A stretch of 63,976 nucleotides of DNA, filler included, from Vicugna vicugna (Eukaryota), in the NCBI GenBank assembly GCA_013265495.1. It is 78 parts of 77 records of this genome, joined end to end, with 100 filler letters (N's around TTAATTAATTAA, not from the genome) between each part and the next. Parts side by side here need not be neighbours in the genome. Positions count along the whole stretch, not along the records: positions 12,625 to 13,553 come from PNXW01026958.1; positions 13,654 to 14,155 come from MU062972.1; positions 14,256 to 15,101 come from MU062973.1; positions 15,202 to 15,999 come from PNXW01026975.1; positions 16,100 to 17,096 come from PNXW01026976.1; positions 17,197 to 18,482 come from MU062977.1; positions 18,583 to 19,045 come from MU062978.1; positions 19,146 to 19,969 come from MU062979.1; 70 more parts are not named here. One strand, 5' to 3'. Of the stretch, positions 12,945-24,394 are shown in pieces; positions within the stretch are counted from its first letter, which is position 1, and each line of letters begins with the position of its first letter. The notes under the pieces were generated by a model. That model was not told the origin of the DNA, ran no database searches, and worked only from the letters and a program-made list of their open reading frames with translations. The position numbers and the translations under genes were made by a program.

Positions 12945-13553
12945 CTTGGGCAGAAATACTGATCAAGGAGACAGAAGCTCCCTCAGCAATGCCGCTCCAT
13001 TTTCCCGACTCCACCAGGAGAAGCTGGGCGTTACATCCGCGGGCTCTCATCCGCGGGCTCTCAGCCCGGGGAGCAGCACCCACGCCGCTAATCTTGACCT
13101 CAGGGATCGGGAAAGGGAGAGAAAGGCAGCCCCGGGGTCGCGGGGAAGGGAGAGCGGGGTGGGGGACGCGGGCTGCAGCCCCGCTCGGAGGCCAGCCCCA
13201 GCCCCAGCCCAAGCCGCCCGCCCCGTCCGGGTGTGCAGACCCCGCCCGCCCGGGACACAGCCCGCCCAGTGGTGGGGACGGGTCGGCGGCCAAGGAGAGG
13301 AAGCCCGGGAGGAGAGGACTCGCGGGCGGGAGAGGGGAAGGGGACGCCAGCCGCGGACTGAGGGGAGCCTGGCTGGGTGAGAGGTGGCAGGGGCACACCT
13401 GGGCCTGGAAAGCTGTGGCCGGTGCGCCGGGGCAGGTGGCGCGGGCAGAAGGGTCTGGCCCGAGCAATCCAACTGAACACACGCTGACTGGCGCCCTGGG
13501 CGGCTGTTACACGCCGACCGCCCTCCCGCAGCCGCCTCACCCCTTTCCCGATA
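12945..13553. promoter_or_regulatory. CpG-island fragment, possible promoter/first exon (paralog at 53779-54215)
   Basis: Very GC- and CpG-rich with GC-box-like tracts (CCCGCCC). A perfect minus-strand donor AAG|GTAAGT lies at 12945/12944. Confidence 0.55.
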
Positions 13554-13653
13554 NNNNNNNNNNNNNNNNNNNNNNNNNNNNNNNNNNNNNNNNNNNNTTA
13601 ATTAATTAANNNNNNNNNNNNNNNNNNNNNNNNNNNNNNNNNNNNNNNNNNNN

Positions 13654-14155
13654 TTGAAATATATATTTGACTTCGTACCTTCTTCCTTTCACCAGTTAAA
13701 AATCACTCTTTTCTTCCGAGAAAAACACTCTTGGAGCGAATTCTACCCTATATATATGTAATTTGAATAGATTCAATCAACATGATATTCCGTGTTCCGT
13801 ACATGCTACATACATGACGGATTTGACAAACATGCATTCCTGAGGTGAGAGCATGTGGATTACTAATNNNNNNNNNNNNNNNNNNNNNNNNNNNNNNNNN
13901 NNNNNNNNNNNNNNNNNNNNNNNNNNNNNNNNNNNNNNNNNNNNNNNNNNNNNNNNNNNNNNNNNNNNNNNNNNNNNNNNNNNNNNNNNNNNNNNNNNNN
14001 NNNNNNNNNNNNNNNNNNNNNNNNNNNNNNNNNNNNNNNNNNNNNNNNNNNNNNNNNNNNNNNNNNNNNNNNNNNNNNNNNNNNNNNNNNNNNNNNNNNN
14101 NNNNNCTTCAATCCACCAAACAAGGCTTATATACACATAGAAATATTTACTCTGA
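13654..14155 (+). repeat. Satellite C
   Basis: AAAACACTCTTGGAGCGAATTCTACCCTA...ACATGCTACATACATGACGGATT motifs. Confidence 0.88.
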
Positions 14156-14255
14156 NNNNNNNNNNNNNNNNNNNNNNNNNNNNNNNNNNNNNNNNNNNNT
14201 TAATTAATTAANNNNNNNNNNNNNNNNNNNNNNNNNNNNNNNNNNNNNNNNNNNN

Positions 14256-15101
14256 CACCAACGGTCGGCAGCACGTGGGTTCTAACTGAATGCCTAAGCT
14301 AGTCTCCCCTGAGGATTTTCCTAATTTGTCTGTGCCAGAGAATGGTAGGGGGGTTTGCAGGCTATCACAGTGACATACGCTGCCTCCCCATGGTCAGGGA
14401 ATGTATTTCCCGGACTTCCCCGAACAGGGAACTCCTGTGAATGAAGAGAGCTGCGTGGAGTTGTTTCTCGAGTTTCCCCACGCACTGACAATGGTTCCGG
14501 AATCCTGAGCGTGGGGAGGTTCCACCAACGGTCGGCAGCGCGTGGGTTCTACCGGAATGCCTAAGCTCGTCTCCCCTGAGGGTTTTCCNNNNNNNNNNNN
14601 NNNNNNNNNNNNNNNNNNNNNNNNNNNNNNNNNNNNNNNNNNNNNNNNNNNNNNNNNNNNNNNNNNNNNNNNNNNNNNNNNNNNNNNNNNNNNNNNNNNN
14701 NNNNNNNNNNNNNNNNNNNNNNNNNNNNNNNNNNNNNNNNNNNNNNNNNNNNNNNNNNNNNNNNNNNNNNNNNNNNNNNNNNNNNNNNNNNNNNNNNNNN
14801 NNNNNNNNNNNNNNNNNNNNNNNNNNNNNNNNNNNNNNNNNNNNNNNNNNNNNNNNNNNNNNNNNNNNNNNNNNNNNNNNNNNNNNNNNNNNNNNNNNNN
14901 NNNNNNNNNNNNNNNNNNNNNNNNNNNNNNNNNNNNNNNNNNNNNNNNNNNNNNNNNNNNNNNNNNNNNNNNNNNNNNNNNNNNNNNNNGTGGAGTTGTC
15001 TCTCGAGCTCCCCCACGCACTGACAATCGTTCGGAATCCTGAATGTGGGGAGGTTAAACAACGGTCGGCAGCGCGTGGGTTCTAAGGGAATGCCTAAGCT
15101 C
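14256..15101 (-). repeat. Satellite A1
   Basis: A1 core repeated at ~267-bp spacing. Confidence 0.93.
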
Positions 15102-15201
15102 NNNNNNNNNNNNNNNNNNNNNNNNNNNNNNNNNNNNNNNNNNNNTTAATTAATTAANNNNNNNNNNNNNNNNNNNNNNNNNNNNNNNNNNNNNNNNNNN
15201 N

Positions 15202-15999
15202 GGATCCACCAGCCACCACAAGCTTCGCGGTACACACCAATATTCCTCCTGGAATCCAACTGATATCTGCCATCCACAATGGATGCTGCATCTTGTCAAT
15301 GTTTGGGGGAGGGGCTGTATCCGACGAGAGGTTCCTAAGTTACATGTGATTCGACCCACTAGAGTCCCATGTGCCTTTGTTCTTCCCTCTTTCCTTTTGT
15401 TGAGATCTGTATGCCCAGTACTAAAGGAGGGAATTGTGTCCATTTTCAGTTGATGGTTTCACACTTTTTTTAACTTTCTAACACTGCACAGTACACAGAG
15501 ACCCATTAAAGGAAACTTATGTTCCTGTAACGTCTGTACGCCCTTAATACATATCCGTCGTTTGATTTGTGCTTAAACACCCGCACTCTCTGGACATGGA
15601 TCCATTTGTTTCATGGGGGCTTAATTTCCTAGAAATGAAACCAACCCCAATGTGGACTTTATTTCTGTCTCTTTTGCTCTTAGTACACTTTTGCAGAGCT
15701 ACTTTTCTTTGTTTTAGGCGTATGCCATTTCCTCTCTACGTAGGGTAATATATGTAATTCATTCATCCTGTTGTAAGAAGGAACCCATTTGATTCCAAAT
15801 TGGCATTTAGTTTAGGTCATGATATGCTCTTAGGAATCATTAATGAAGAATAGAAATGCATGCCTCTGATTTCCGATTACAAGTGTACTGAATACATGCA
15901 AGCCGCGATACTGGGTCGATGCCTGCTGAATGATCCTTGACATCACCTTGGGTATTTTGAATAATCATGCTTCCCTTGGGAAATGTCAGCCAACCGTAC
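15202..15999 (+). repeat. Unclassified multi-copy sequence F (paralog of 46436-46799, inverted)
   Basis: GGACATGGATCCATTTGTTTCATGGGG, AGAAATGAAACCAACCCCAATGTG and CCATTTGATTCCAAAT.GGCATTT are shared with the reverse complement of 46436-46799. Confidence 0.85.
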
Positions 16000-16099
16000 N
16001 NNNNNNNNNNNNNNNNNNNNNNNNNNNNNNNNNNNNNNNNNNNTTAATTAATTAANNNNNNNNNNNNNNNNNNNNNNNNNNNNNNNNNNNNNNNNNNNN

Positions 16100-17096
16100 A
16101 ATATAGAATACGGAATACCGAATATAGAATTTAGAATATAGAATCTAGAACACAGAAAATAGAATATAGTACAAGGAATGCAGAATATAGAATTAGAATA
16201 TAGAATGTAGAACACAGAAATAGAATATAGAATAGAGTATATGGAACCCAAAATTTAATACATGGAAAGAAGGTCACTGAATTTAGAGTACGGAAAACAG
16301 AATATAAAGCCCAGAATTTAGGACATGGAATGCAGAACACAGAATTTAGAATATAGAATACATATTACTGAATATAGAATTTAGAATATAGAATGTAGAA
16401 AACAGAATTTATTATATAGAATACTGAATATTGAATATAGAATTTAGAATATAGAATGTAGAACACAGAATATAGAATATAGAATAAAGAATATAGAACA
16501 CAAAATTTAGAACATTGAATGCAGTACACAGAATTTAAAATATAGAACACGGAATACTGAATATAGAATATGAATATACAATGTAGAACCCAGAATTTAG
16601 AATATAGAATAATGAATATAGAATTTAAAATATACAATGTAGGACACCCAATATAGAATATAGAATACGGAATGCAGAATATAGAATGTTGAACACAGAA
16701 TATAGAATATAGAATAGAGTATATAGAACTCAAAATTTAGAATATGGAATGCAGAACACAGAATTTAGAATATAGAATACAGAATACTGAATATAGAATT
16801 TAGAATATAGAATGTAGAACACAGAATATAGAAATATAGACTACGGAATGCAGAATATACAATACGGAATATAGAATGCAGGACACAGAATATAGAATAA
16901 GAAAAACAGAATACAGAATTCAGAATTTAGAACATGGAATGCAGGACACAGAATTTACAATATAGTATACAGAATACTGAATATAGAATTTAGAATATAG
17001 AATCTAGAACACAGAATATGTAATACAGACAACGGAATTGAGAATATAGATGGTAACATATAGATTGAAGAACACAAAATATAGAATATAGAATAG
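16100..17096 (-). repeat. Heptamer satellite H (AATATAG strand)
   Basis: 7-bp periodic AATATAG/AATTTAG/AACACAG/AATGCAG. Confidence 0.93.
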
Positions 17097-17196
17097 NNNN
17101 NNNNNNNNNNNNNNNNNNNNNNNNNNNNNNNNNNNNNNNNTTAATTAATTAANNNNNNNNNNNNNNNNNNNNNNNNNNNNNNNNNNNNNNNNNNNN

Positions 17197-18245
17197 CTTG
17201 TAATAAATGACACCAAATGCACAAACAACAAAAGAAAAAAAAATCAAATAAACTGAACTTCAGTAAAATTAAAATCTTCTGTGCTTCAAAGGACTTCATC
17301 AAGAAAGTAAGAAGACAATCCACAGGATGGATGAAAATATTTCCAAAATTTTCCCTGATAAGGGACTTTTATCCAGAATAGATAAAGAAGGCTTAAAACA
17401 TGACAATAAAAAGNNNNNNNNNNNNNNNNNNNNNNNNNNNNNNNNNNNNNNNNNNNNNNNNNNNNNNNNNNNNNNNNNNNNNNNNNNNNNNNNNNNNNNN
17501 NNNNNNNNNNNNNNNNNNNNNNNNNNNNNNNNNNNNNNNNNNNNNNNNNNNNNNNNNNNNNNNNNNNNNNNNNNNNNNNNNNNNNNNNNNNNNNNNNNNN
17601 NNNNNNNNNNNNNNNNNNNNNNNNNNNNNNNNNNNNNNNNNNNNNNNNNNNNNNNNNNNNNNNNNNNNNNNNNNNNNNNNNNNNNNNNNNNNNNNNNNNN
17701 NNNNNNNNNNNNNNNNNNNNNNNNNNNNNNNNNNNNNNNNNNNNNNNNNNNNNNNNNNNNNNNNNNNNNNNNNNNNNNNNNNNNNNNNNNNNNNNNNNNN
17801 NNNNNNATGTGTTCACACAAAAACTTGTCCATGAGCATTTACAGCAGAATTATTCATCATCAACTGATGGATGGATAAGCAATGTGGTGTATTTATAACT
17901 ATGGCATATTATTTGAATACAAAAAGGAATTTGGGTATTGATATAATATGCTACACAATGGATGAGCCTTGACTATGTCACACTAAATGAAAGACGATAA
18001 TCACAAAAGGCAGCATACTGTATGATTCTACTTATATGAAATGCCTAGAACAGGCAAACCCATAGAGGCAGAAAGTAGAGTGGTGGCTGCTGAGGGCTAA
18101 GGGAAAGGAAGGTTAGGGACTGACTTACTAAAGGGTACTGGTTCCTTTTGGGGGTGATGGCTACACAACCCTGAAATGTACATAAAACCCTAATGCACAC
18201 TTTCAAAGGCTGCATTTTATGGTATGTGAATTATATCTCCATAAA
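17197..18245 (+). mobile_element. Old LINE-1 3' portion (ORF2 C-terminal remnant plus 3' UTR, L1MB-like)
   Basis: Typical L1 ORF2 sequence CACCAAATGCACAA..AACAAAAGAAAA...AAAATTAAAATCTTCTGTGCTTCAAAGGAC, and a 3' UTR GGCAAACCCATAGAGGCAGAAAGTAGA...TATGGTATGTGAATTATATCTC. Subfamily assigned from memory. Confidence 0.8.
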
Positions 18246-18582
18246 CCTGTTATTCTTGAAGCTGAGCCCACCTATGGAGCAACTGACACAGCACTGACTG
18301 TGGCATCTGGACGGGGAGTGACCCACCCGCCCACCGCAAAGGAGAGCAGCACCTGACCCAGTGTTGGAGTGGTGAAATATTCTTGCCAATGGACACTGTA
18401 AGCAGCACAGACGAGGGGGCCAACAGAGCAAGCTGATTTCATGAAACAGGGCGAAGACACAAAGACCTCTCAATAAAACCATNNNNNNNNNNNNNNNNNN
18501 NNNNNNNNNNNNNNNNNNNNNNNNNNTTAATTAATTAANNNNNNNNNNNNNNNNNNNNNNNNNNNNNNNNNNNNNNNNNNNN

Positions 18583-19045
18583 GTCAAAGCGTCTTTCAGG
18601 GGGCACATTTTTCAATGGTTGTGGGTTTTAGGTTAAAAACCTACATCCCATTGATAGGCTCTCGCTAATACTTGGTTTAGAGCCCAACCCCCACTTTCCC
18701 CCACTCTCCAGCCTAGGTATGCCATCAGGGAAGACAAGCTAAGGGATTCTATTAGAACCCAGGCGCTGCTGTCATTTGGAGGAGCCTCCCCACAATCAGG
18801 ATACCTGAGCACGTCTCCGTGTGTGTGCTGGAGGTGGGNNNNNNNNNNNNNNNNNNNNNNNNNNNNNNNGTTCCAAGGTAAGTAGTTTAAAACCCTCCAC
18901 TACCCACAGAGATGCACTGGCTAATACTTGGCTTAAGTGCCCATCCCCCACCATTGCTTACAGCTAGGCCTATGAAATCACTTAGGGAAGTCAAGCTAAT
19001 GGATTCTATTAAAACTCAAGTGCTGCTGTCTGTTGGAGGAACCTC
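18583..19045 (+). repeat. Satellite A2
   Basis: AAGCTAAGGGATTCTATTAGAACCCAGGCGCTGCTGTCA core. Confidence 0.85.
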
Positions 19046-19889
19046 NNNNNNNNNNNNNNNNNNNNNNNNNNNNNNNNNNNNNNNNNNNNTTAATTAATTA
19101 ANNNNNNNNNNNNNNNNNNNNNNNNNNNNNNNNNNNNNNNNNNNNGGGGAAGGGTGCATACCCCCATCTCTGAAAACCCGTGGAAATTTTTCAGGGGAAG
19201 ATGGGAGGGGCCCAGGCAGAGCCGCCATATTCTCCGGCACTGAGCACCCAGGCGGGGGCAGAGGCAAAACCTGCGTCCGCACTGAAAGGCTTAGCAGACT
19301 CAAAGGCCAGACTGAGAAGGGCCTACAGCCTGGGGCAGATAGGATCCTTCCATTCTGGTCCCCCAGAGAACTTACTCCACAAAGACAAACAAGCAGCTGG
19401 GTCTTGGCTCGGAGCAGGGACGAGGCTGCTCCTTGGTCTTCCCCGAGCCCACCCGCGGAGCGCGACCAGGGCGGAGCGCCGGCCAGGGCGGAGCNNNNNN
19501 NNNNNNNNNNNNNNNNNNNNNNNNNNNNNNNNNNNNNNNNNNNNNNNNNNNNNNNNNNNNNNNNNNNNNNNNNNNNNNNNNNNNNNNNNNNNNNNNNNNN
19601 NNNNNNNNNNNNNNNNNNNNNNNNNNNNNNNNNNNNNNNNNNNNNNNNNNNNNNNNNNNNNNNNNNNNNNNNNNNNNNNNNNNNNNNNNNNNNNNNNNNN
19701 NNNNNNNNNNNNNNNNNNNNNNNNNNTGTTAGGAGGAGGAGCGATCTGCTTGCCAACAGGTGCTGGGAGCAGCACAAAAGAGGGCGCCAACGGAGGGCCT
19801 ATGAAAACAAGCTGAGCTTCCAAAACAGGACGAAGACAGAGGACATCACATTAAAAGCACACAGACTCCAGGAGAACACCAAAACCCAC

Positions 19890-19907
19890 CCTTTTTTTTA
19901 TTTTGTT

Positions 19908-19939
<32 letters not shown>

Positions 19940-19940
19940 T
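19890..19940. repeat. T-rich microsatellite (TTTTG/TTTTTG)n
   Basis: Directly visible; it could be the antisense poly(A)-derived tail of a retroelement. Confidence 0.7.
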
Positions 19941-20069
19941 TTAAATCTGTTTTTACCTGTTCTATTTTCNNNNNNNNNNNNNNNNNNNNNNNNNNNNNNN
20001 NNNNNNNNNNNNNTTAATTAATTAANNNNNNNNNNNNNNNNNNNNNNNNNNNNNNNNNNNNNNNNNNNN

Positions 20070-20544
20070 AATTGTTCCGGAATCCTGAGATTTGGGAGGT
20101 TCCACCAACGGTCGTTAGCGCGTGGGTTCTAACTGAATGACTAAGCTCGTCTCCCCTGAGTGTTTTCCTAATGTCTCTGTGCCAGGGAATGCTAGGGGTG
20201 ATTGCAGGATATCCCAGTGTCAGAGGCTGCCTCCCCAAGTTCAGGGAAGGTATTTCTCGGACTTCCCCGAACAGGGAACANNNNNNNNNNNNNNNNNNNN
20301 NNNNNNNNNNNNNNNNNNNNNNNNNNNNNNNNNNNNNNNNNNNNNNNNNNNNNNNNNNNNNNNNNNTTCTACCAACGGTCGGCAGCGCGTGGGTTCTAAC
20401 GGAATGCCTAAGCTCGTCTCCCCTGAGTGTTTTTCTAATGTCTCTGTGCCAGGGAATGCTACGGGTGATTGCAGGATATCCCAGTGTCAAAGGTTGCCAC
20501 CTCAAGTTCAGGGAAGTTATTTCTCGGACTTCCCCGAACAGGGA
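20070..20544 (-). repeat. Satellite A1
   Basis: A1 core motifs. Confidence 0.93.
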
Positions 20545-20644
20545 NNNNNNNNNNNNNNNNNNNNNNNNNNNNNNNNNNNNNNNNNNNNTTAATTAATTAA
20601 NNNNNNNNNNNNNNNNNNNNNNNNNNNNNNNNNNNNNNNNNNNN

Positions 20645-21430
20645 AAAACCCTCAGGGGAGACGAGCTTACGCATTCCGTTGGAACCCACACTCTGTGGAC
20701 TGTTGGTTGAACCTCCCCACGCTCAGGATTCCGGCACCATTTTCAGTGCGTGGGGGATTTCGAAAGACAACTCCACACAGCTCTCTTCAGTCACAGGTGC
20801 TCCCTGTTCGGGGAAGTCCGAGAAATTAATTCCCTGACCTTGAAGCCTCAGTCACTGGGATATCCTGCAAACCCCCCTTGCATTCCCTGGCACAGAGACA
20901 TTAAGAAAATCCTTAAGGGAGACGAGCTTAGGCATTCCGTTAGAACGCACGCGCTGCCGACCGTTGGTGGAACCTCCCCACGCTCAGGATTCCGGAACCA
21001 TTGTCAGTGCCTGTGGGAGCTCGAGAGACAACTCCACGCAGCTCTCTTCAGTCACAGGTGTTCCCTGTTCGGGGAAGTCCGACAAATAACTTCGCAGAAC
21101 TTGGGCCGGCAGCCACGTTCACTGGGATATCCTGCAAACCCCCCTTGCATTCCCTGGCACAGAGACATTAAGAAAATCCTTAAGGGAGACGAGCTTATGC
21201 ATTCCGTTAGAACTCAGGCACTGTGGACCGTTGGTGGAACCTCCCCACGCTCAGGATTCCGGAAACATTGTCAGTGCGTGGGGGACCTCGAGAGACAATT
21301 CCACGCAGATCTCTTCAGTCACAGGTGTTCCCTGTTCGGGGAAGTCCGACAAATAACTTCGCAGAACTTGGGCCGGCAGCCACGTTCACTGGGATATCCT
21401 GCAAGAACCCCTAGCATTCCCTGGCACAGA
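20645..21430 (+). repeat. Satellite A1 (~3 monomers)
   Basis: Three tandem monomers; the last two are nearly identical. Confidence 0.95.
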
Positions 21431-21530
21431 NNNNNNNNNNNNNNNNNNNNNNNNNNNNNNNNNNNNNNNNNNNNTTAATTAATTAANNNNNNNNNNNNNN
21501 NNNNNNNNNNNNNNNNNNNNNNNNNNNNNN

Positions 21531-22156
21531 GACAGCAGCGACTGGGTTCTAATAGAATCCCTTAGCTTGTCATACAAGTGTTTCCCTGGTCTGGGATGTG
21601 AGGGAAAGCTAGGGGTTGGGCTTGGAGGCCAAGTAGCAGTGAGTGCCCCCTGATTAATTGAGGAAGTACTTAGAAGGCTTCTCCCTAAAGGGAACACATT
21701 TGCCCCCATTCATCTGGGTGAAGTGGGGCTGCACAACTCCCCCACACACAAGAATGTGTTCCGGAATCCTGAGTGCAGGGAAGTTCCTCCAACTGACAGC
21801 AGCGCCTGGGTTCTAATGGAATCCCTTTGCTTGTCTTCCCTGATGGTATGCCTACGCGTGACTGCGGGGGAAAGTGTGTTATGGGCCCCAAAACCAAGTA
21901 TTTGCGAGTACCTCTCTATGGTTAGTGGAGGTTTTTAAACTACATCCCTAAACTGGGAACACTTGTGCACCCATATAGATCCGTGGAGTCTGTTTCCAGA
22001 CCTCCAGCACACACACGAACACTTGCACAGTTATCCTGANNNNNNNNNNNNCAGGGCCTGGAATATAATCGCTTAACTTGTTTTCCCTGTTTGGTTGCCT
22101 GATTCAGAGTCCGGGTGAAAGTGTGGGTTGGGCTCTAATTCCAAGTATTTGCGAGT
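21531..22156 (-). repeat. Satellite A2
   Basis: GACAGCAGCG.CTGGGTTCTAAT.GAATCCCTT.GCTTGTC at ~21531 and ~21795. Confidence 0.87.
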
Positions 22157-22256
22157 NNNNNNNNNNNNNNNNNNNNNNNNNNNNNNNNNNNNNNNNNNNN
22201 TTAATTAATTAANNNNNNNNNNNNNNNNNNNNNNNNNNNNNNNNNNNNNNNNNNNN

Positions 22257-22656
22257 CATCCATGTTGCTGCAAATGGCGCTATTTTATCATTTTTCCTGG
22301 CCGAGTAGTATTCCATTCTATAAATATACCACCCCTTCTTTATCCAGTCATCTGTTGATGGTCATTCAGGTTGTTTCCATGTCTTGGCTATTGTAAATAG
22401 TGCTGCTATGAACATTGGGGTGCAGGTGTCTTTTTGAATTAGGATTCCCTCTGGATATCTGTGGATTTTTAGATTTTTCAAGGACAGCCATTCTGATTGG
22501 CGTGAGGTGATACTTCATTGTAGTTTTGATTTGCGTTTCTCTGATAATTAGTGATATTGAACATTTTTTCATGTACCTGTTAGTCATTTATACGTCTTCA
22601 TTGGAAAATTGCTTCTTCTTTAGGTCTTCTGTCCATTTTTGGATTGGGTTGTTTGT
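22257..22656 (-). mobile_element. LINE-1 ORF2 C-terminal fragment
   Basis: The translation [32 protein letters not shown] is the L1 ORF2p Cys-domain region; typical CATCCATGTTGCTGCAAATGGC...GGCTATTGTAAATAGTGCTGCTATGAACAT. Confidence 0.9.
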
Positions 22657-22806
22657 TCAGCTCACTCTTTGTTGGTGAATTTAAACCATTAGAGCCAGAA
22701 TTTGAANNNNNNNNNNNNNNNNNNNNNNNNNNNNNNNNNNNNNNNNNNNNTTAATTAATTAANNNNNNNNNNNNNNNNNNNNNNNNNNNNNNNNNNNNNN
22801 NNNNNN

Positions 22807-23301
22807 GCACAGCAGATGCTTGGCTGACAGAACTCAAGAAACCAGCGCAAATTATCCCGACAGTTGATTCTGGGACCAAGATCCCAGCTGCCAAATTTGA
22901 GGTAGCAGAGGCAATGGTCAGTGAGGGATAGGGCTACGGATGATGGCACACGCTGAGTCTCAGGGATCTGGAGTGCGTTGTGGGATGTGGTGGGTCGAAT
23001 CAAGAGAGCAAACCGAACTGTGTACCAATGANNNNNNNNNNNNNNNNNNNNNNNNNNNNNNNNNNNNNNNNNNNNNNNNNNNNNNNNNNNNNNNNNNNNN
23101 NNNNNNNNNNNNNNNNNNNNNNNNNNNNNNNNNNNNNNNNNNNNNNNNNNNNNNNNNNNNNNNNNNNNNNNNNNNNNNNNNGATCCAGGTTGGGTTTGAA
23201 ATAAGAATTAAAAGACTTAGGATCTGCTTCATTCATAACCTTGGCTGGGATTATTTTTTGGTTTGAGGCACAGGATGCCCAACAGCTCTGTGGTTGCCTT
23301 C
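22807..23301 (-). repeat. Unclassified multi-copy sequence E (paralog of 8740-9366)
   Basis: See 8740-9366; the ORF track also shows the shared string SHNALQIPETQRVP. Confidence 0.85.
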
Positions 23302-23401
23302 NNNNNNNNNNNNNNNNNNNNNNNNNNNNNNNNNNNNNNNNNNNNTTAATTAATTAANNNNNNNNNNNNNNNNNNNNNNNNNNNNNNNNNNNNNNNNNNN
23401 N

Positions 23402-24205
23402 TGAGAAACTAGAGAAAAGGTTTCTCTTGCAACCCGTTCCCATTGTCCTGGACGAACGAACTTCTCTCCACATGCTCAATTCCGAGAGATAAGTGTGTGT
23501 GAAAGCCGTCCTTCACCTAGCTTGAAGGGAGCACAAAGTTTCTTGTCAGTGGCAAACTCCACTCCAGAAATATATATGGGGAAGAATAAGCTCCAACTCG
23601 GTTTTACAGTGCAAACCGCAGGCACTTCAAACCGGCACTAGGAATCAGACTGAGAAACCAGGGTAAGTGTTTCTCCTGCAATCCGTTCCCTTTGTGCTGG
23701 ATGAATGAACGTCTCTTCTCGTGTTCAGTTCTGAGAGATAAGTGTGTGTGAAAGCCGTCCTTCATCTTGCTTGTTTGGATCACAAAATTTCTTTTTAGAT
23801 GCTTACTCCAATGCATACTTTTATATCGGGAGGTTTAAGCTCTAACTGTATTTTACAGTGAAATCTCCAGCAAGTTCAAATTGGCACTGGAAACATACTG
23901 GGAAACCAGAGTAATTATTTCTCCTGTAACCCGTTCCCTTGTGCTAGATGAACGAACATCTCTCCACATACTCAAATTCTGAGAGATAAGTGTATGTGAA
24001 ACTCATCCTTCATCCAGCTTGTTGGAAACACAGAGTTTCTTTTCACTATCAAACCCCACTGCATACATATTTATTGCTAGTTACAATCTCTAACCCTTTT
24101 TTACACTGTATATTGCAGGAACTTATAAACGGCAGTAGGAAACTGACTGAGAAACCAAAGTGTGTCTCTCCTGCAACCCTTTCCCTTGGTGCTTGATGAA
24201 TTAAC
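23402..24205 (-). repeat. Satellite B, 249-bp monomer (~3 copies)
   Basis: CCGTTCCC at ~23434, 23683 and 23931 (offsets 249, 248); reverse complement of 1676-3160. Confidence 0.9.
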
Positions 24206-24394
24206 NNNNNNNNNNNNNNNNNNNNNNNNNNNNNNNNNNNNNNNNNNNNTTAATTAATTAANNNNNNNNNNNNNNNNNNNNNNNNNNNNNNNNNNNNNNN
24301 NNNNNATCCATATTATAAAAAATGAGAAAGCATGGTCAGAAAAAAAAAAAAAACAAAAAAACACTAAGCGTACATCAAAGTGACCGTGTGATAA

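Noticed and set aside
12913..13609. Overlapping Pro/Gly/Arg-rich ORFs in several frames (also 53723-54813 and 19094-20021)
   Set aside because: Expected in GC-rich DNA; the two paralogous copies do not preserve a common frame.
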